Assembly (NCBI GenBank): GCA_009602725.1
Contig: WELB01000029.1
Coordinates: 627,522-691,521, forward strand
DNA length: 64,000 nt
Direction of reading: 5' to 3'
DNA from: Spirogloea muscicola
Lineage: Eukaryota
The translations under genes and the position numbers were made by a program. Below the pieces are notes generated by a model. It had not been told where the DNA came from and ran no database searches. It saw only the letters and a program-made list of their open reading frames with translations. Positions 63,601 to 64,000 of this stretch are shown piece after piece. How positions within the stretch are numbered: the stretch's first letter is position 1; each line of letters begins with the position of its first letter.

Positions 63601-64000
63601 CATGCCATCCAGACCCGATTTATGCCCGCAGTCTGACCATCTGCTTGCGGGTGGAAAGACGTGGACAGGGACTGCTTGGTGTCCATAAGACTGCACACCT
63701 GTCGCCAGAAGCAACCCGTGAAGCGAGAGTCGCGATCACACATGATTCTCTCGGGCACTCCGTGCAGTCTCCATACACGGTCCACGAAATACCAGCAAAT
63801 CCCTCAGCGGATGCTGTGGAGGTCGTAGGCGCAAAACGCGCCATCTTTCGGATTGGAACGATTCACGAACACGATGATGGCGTCATAGCCCTTCGGCGTC
63901 ATCGGTAACTGGGTGATGAAATCCACACTAGTAACAGACCATTTCCGCGGAGAAATCTCCAAAGGTTGGAGCAATCCGGCAGGCTTATGAGAGCGTGCCT
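57670..64000 (-). mobile_element. B-related chromovirus 3' end: 3' LTR (57670-57969 + 62253-62788, split by a nested element), PPT, chromodomain and integrase running off the window
   Basis: TGTAAGA at 57670 and GTCACA at 62788. PPT ttcctcccca. EEYEVEEI, CDRDSRFTG and STSFHPQADGQT remnants. Confidence 0.85.
57970..62252 (+). mobile_element. Two-LTR B-family chromovirus lacking gag and protease (RT-RH-INT-chromodomain pseudogene)
   Basis: LTRs 57970-58843 and 61377-62252. TSD GCTAC on both sides. PBS TGGTATCAGAG at 58845-58855, followed almost directly by [42 protein letters not shown] aagtggggaggaa 61364-61376. Confidence 0.93.

Overview
Eukaryotic, GC-rich, intron-dense plant-lineage DNA, most plausibly from a streptophyte green alga (inferred from gene content and intron style). 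It is a draft assembly with N gaps at 7880-7892, 23312, 31740-32014 and 50537. The left half (1-33.5 kb) holds ten spliced genes, eight of them in head-to-head pairs: cyclophilin(-), chloroplast alkenal/one oxidoreductase(+), YtqB/MnmM-type methyltransferase(-), tetraspanin(-), methionine S-methyltransferase(+), MRS2 Mg2+ transporter(-), HD-domain protein(+), Kelch-guanylate kinase(+), VOC/glyoxalase-like(-) and a YbaB/EbfC-family protein(+). The right half (33.9-64 kb) is a nest of degenerate chromodomain-bearing Ty3/gypsy retrotransposons with at least four LTR families. It contains solo LTRs with target-site duplications, a three-LTR tandem element and nested insertions. The main unannotated signal is a dispersed repeat clustered in the larger upstream intergenic regions. 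It translates to a conserved C-terminus (RMRLAVSLQRSxAxAxHLRAGRALAAASG...SDLxxLTRGY*) followed by a hairpin-bearing 3' UTR and a TTC-rich tail. This looks like stacked, 5'-truncated ends of an RLE/CRE-like non-LTR retrotransposon. Other oddities are an isolated ABCG/PDR coding fragment where the MRS2 start should be, a guanylate kinase flanked by Kelch blades on both sides, and two consecutive GC-AG introns in MMT. No CRISPR array, tRNA or rRNA was found. Exon boundaries were read by eye and are approximate unless stated.
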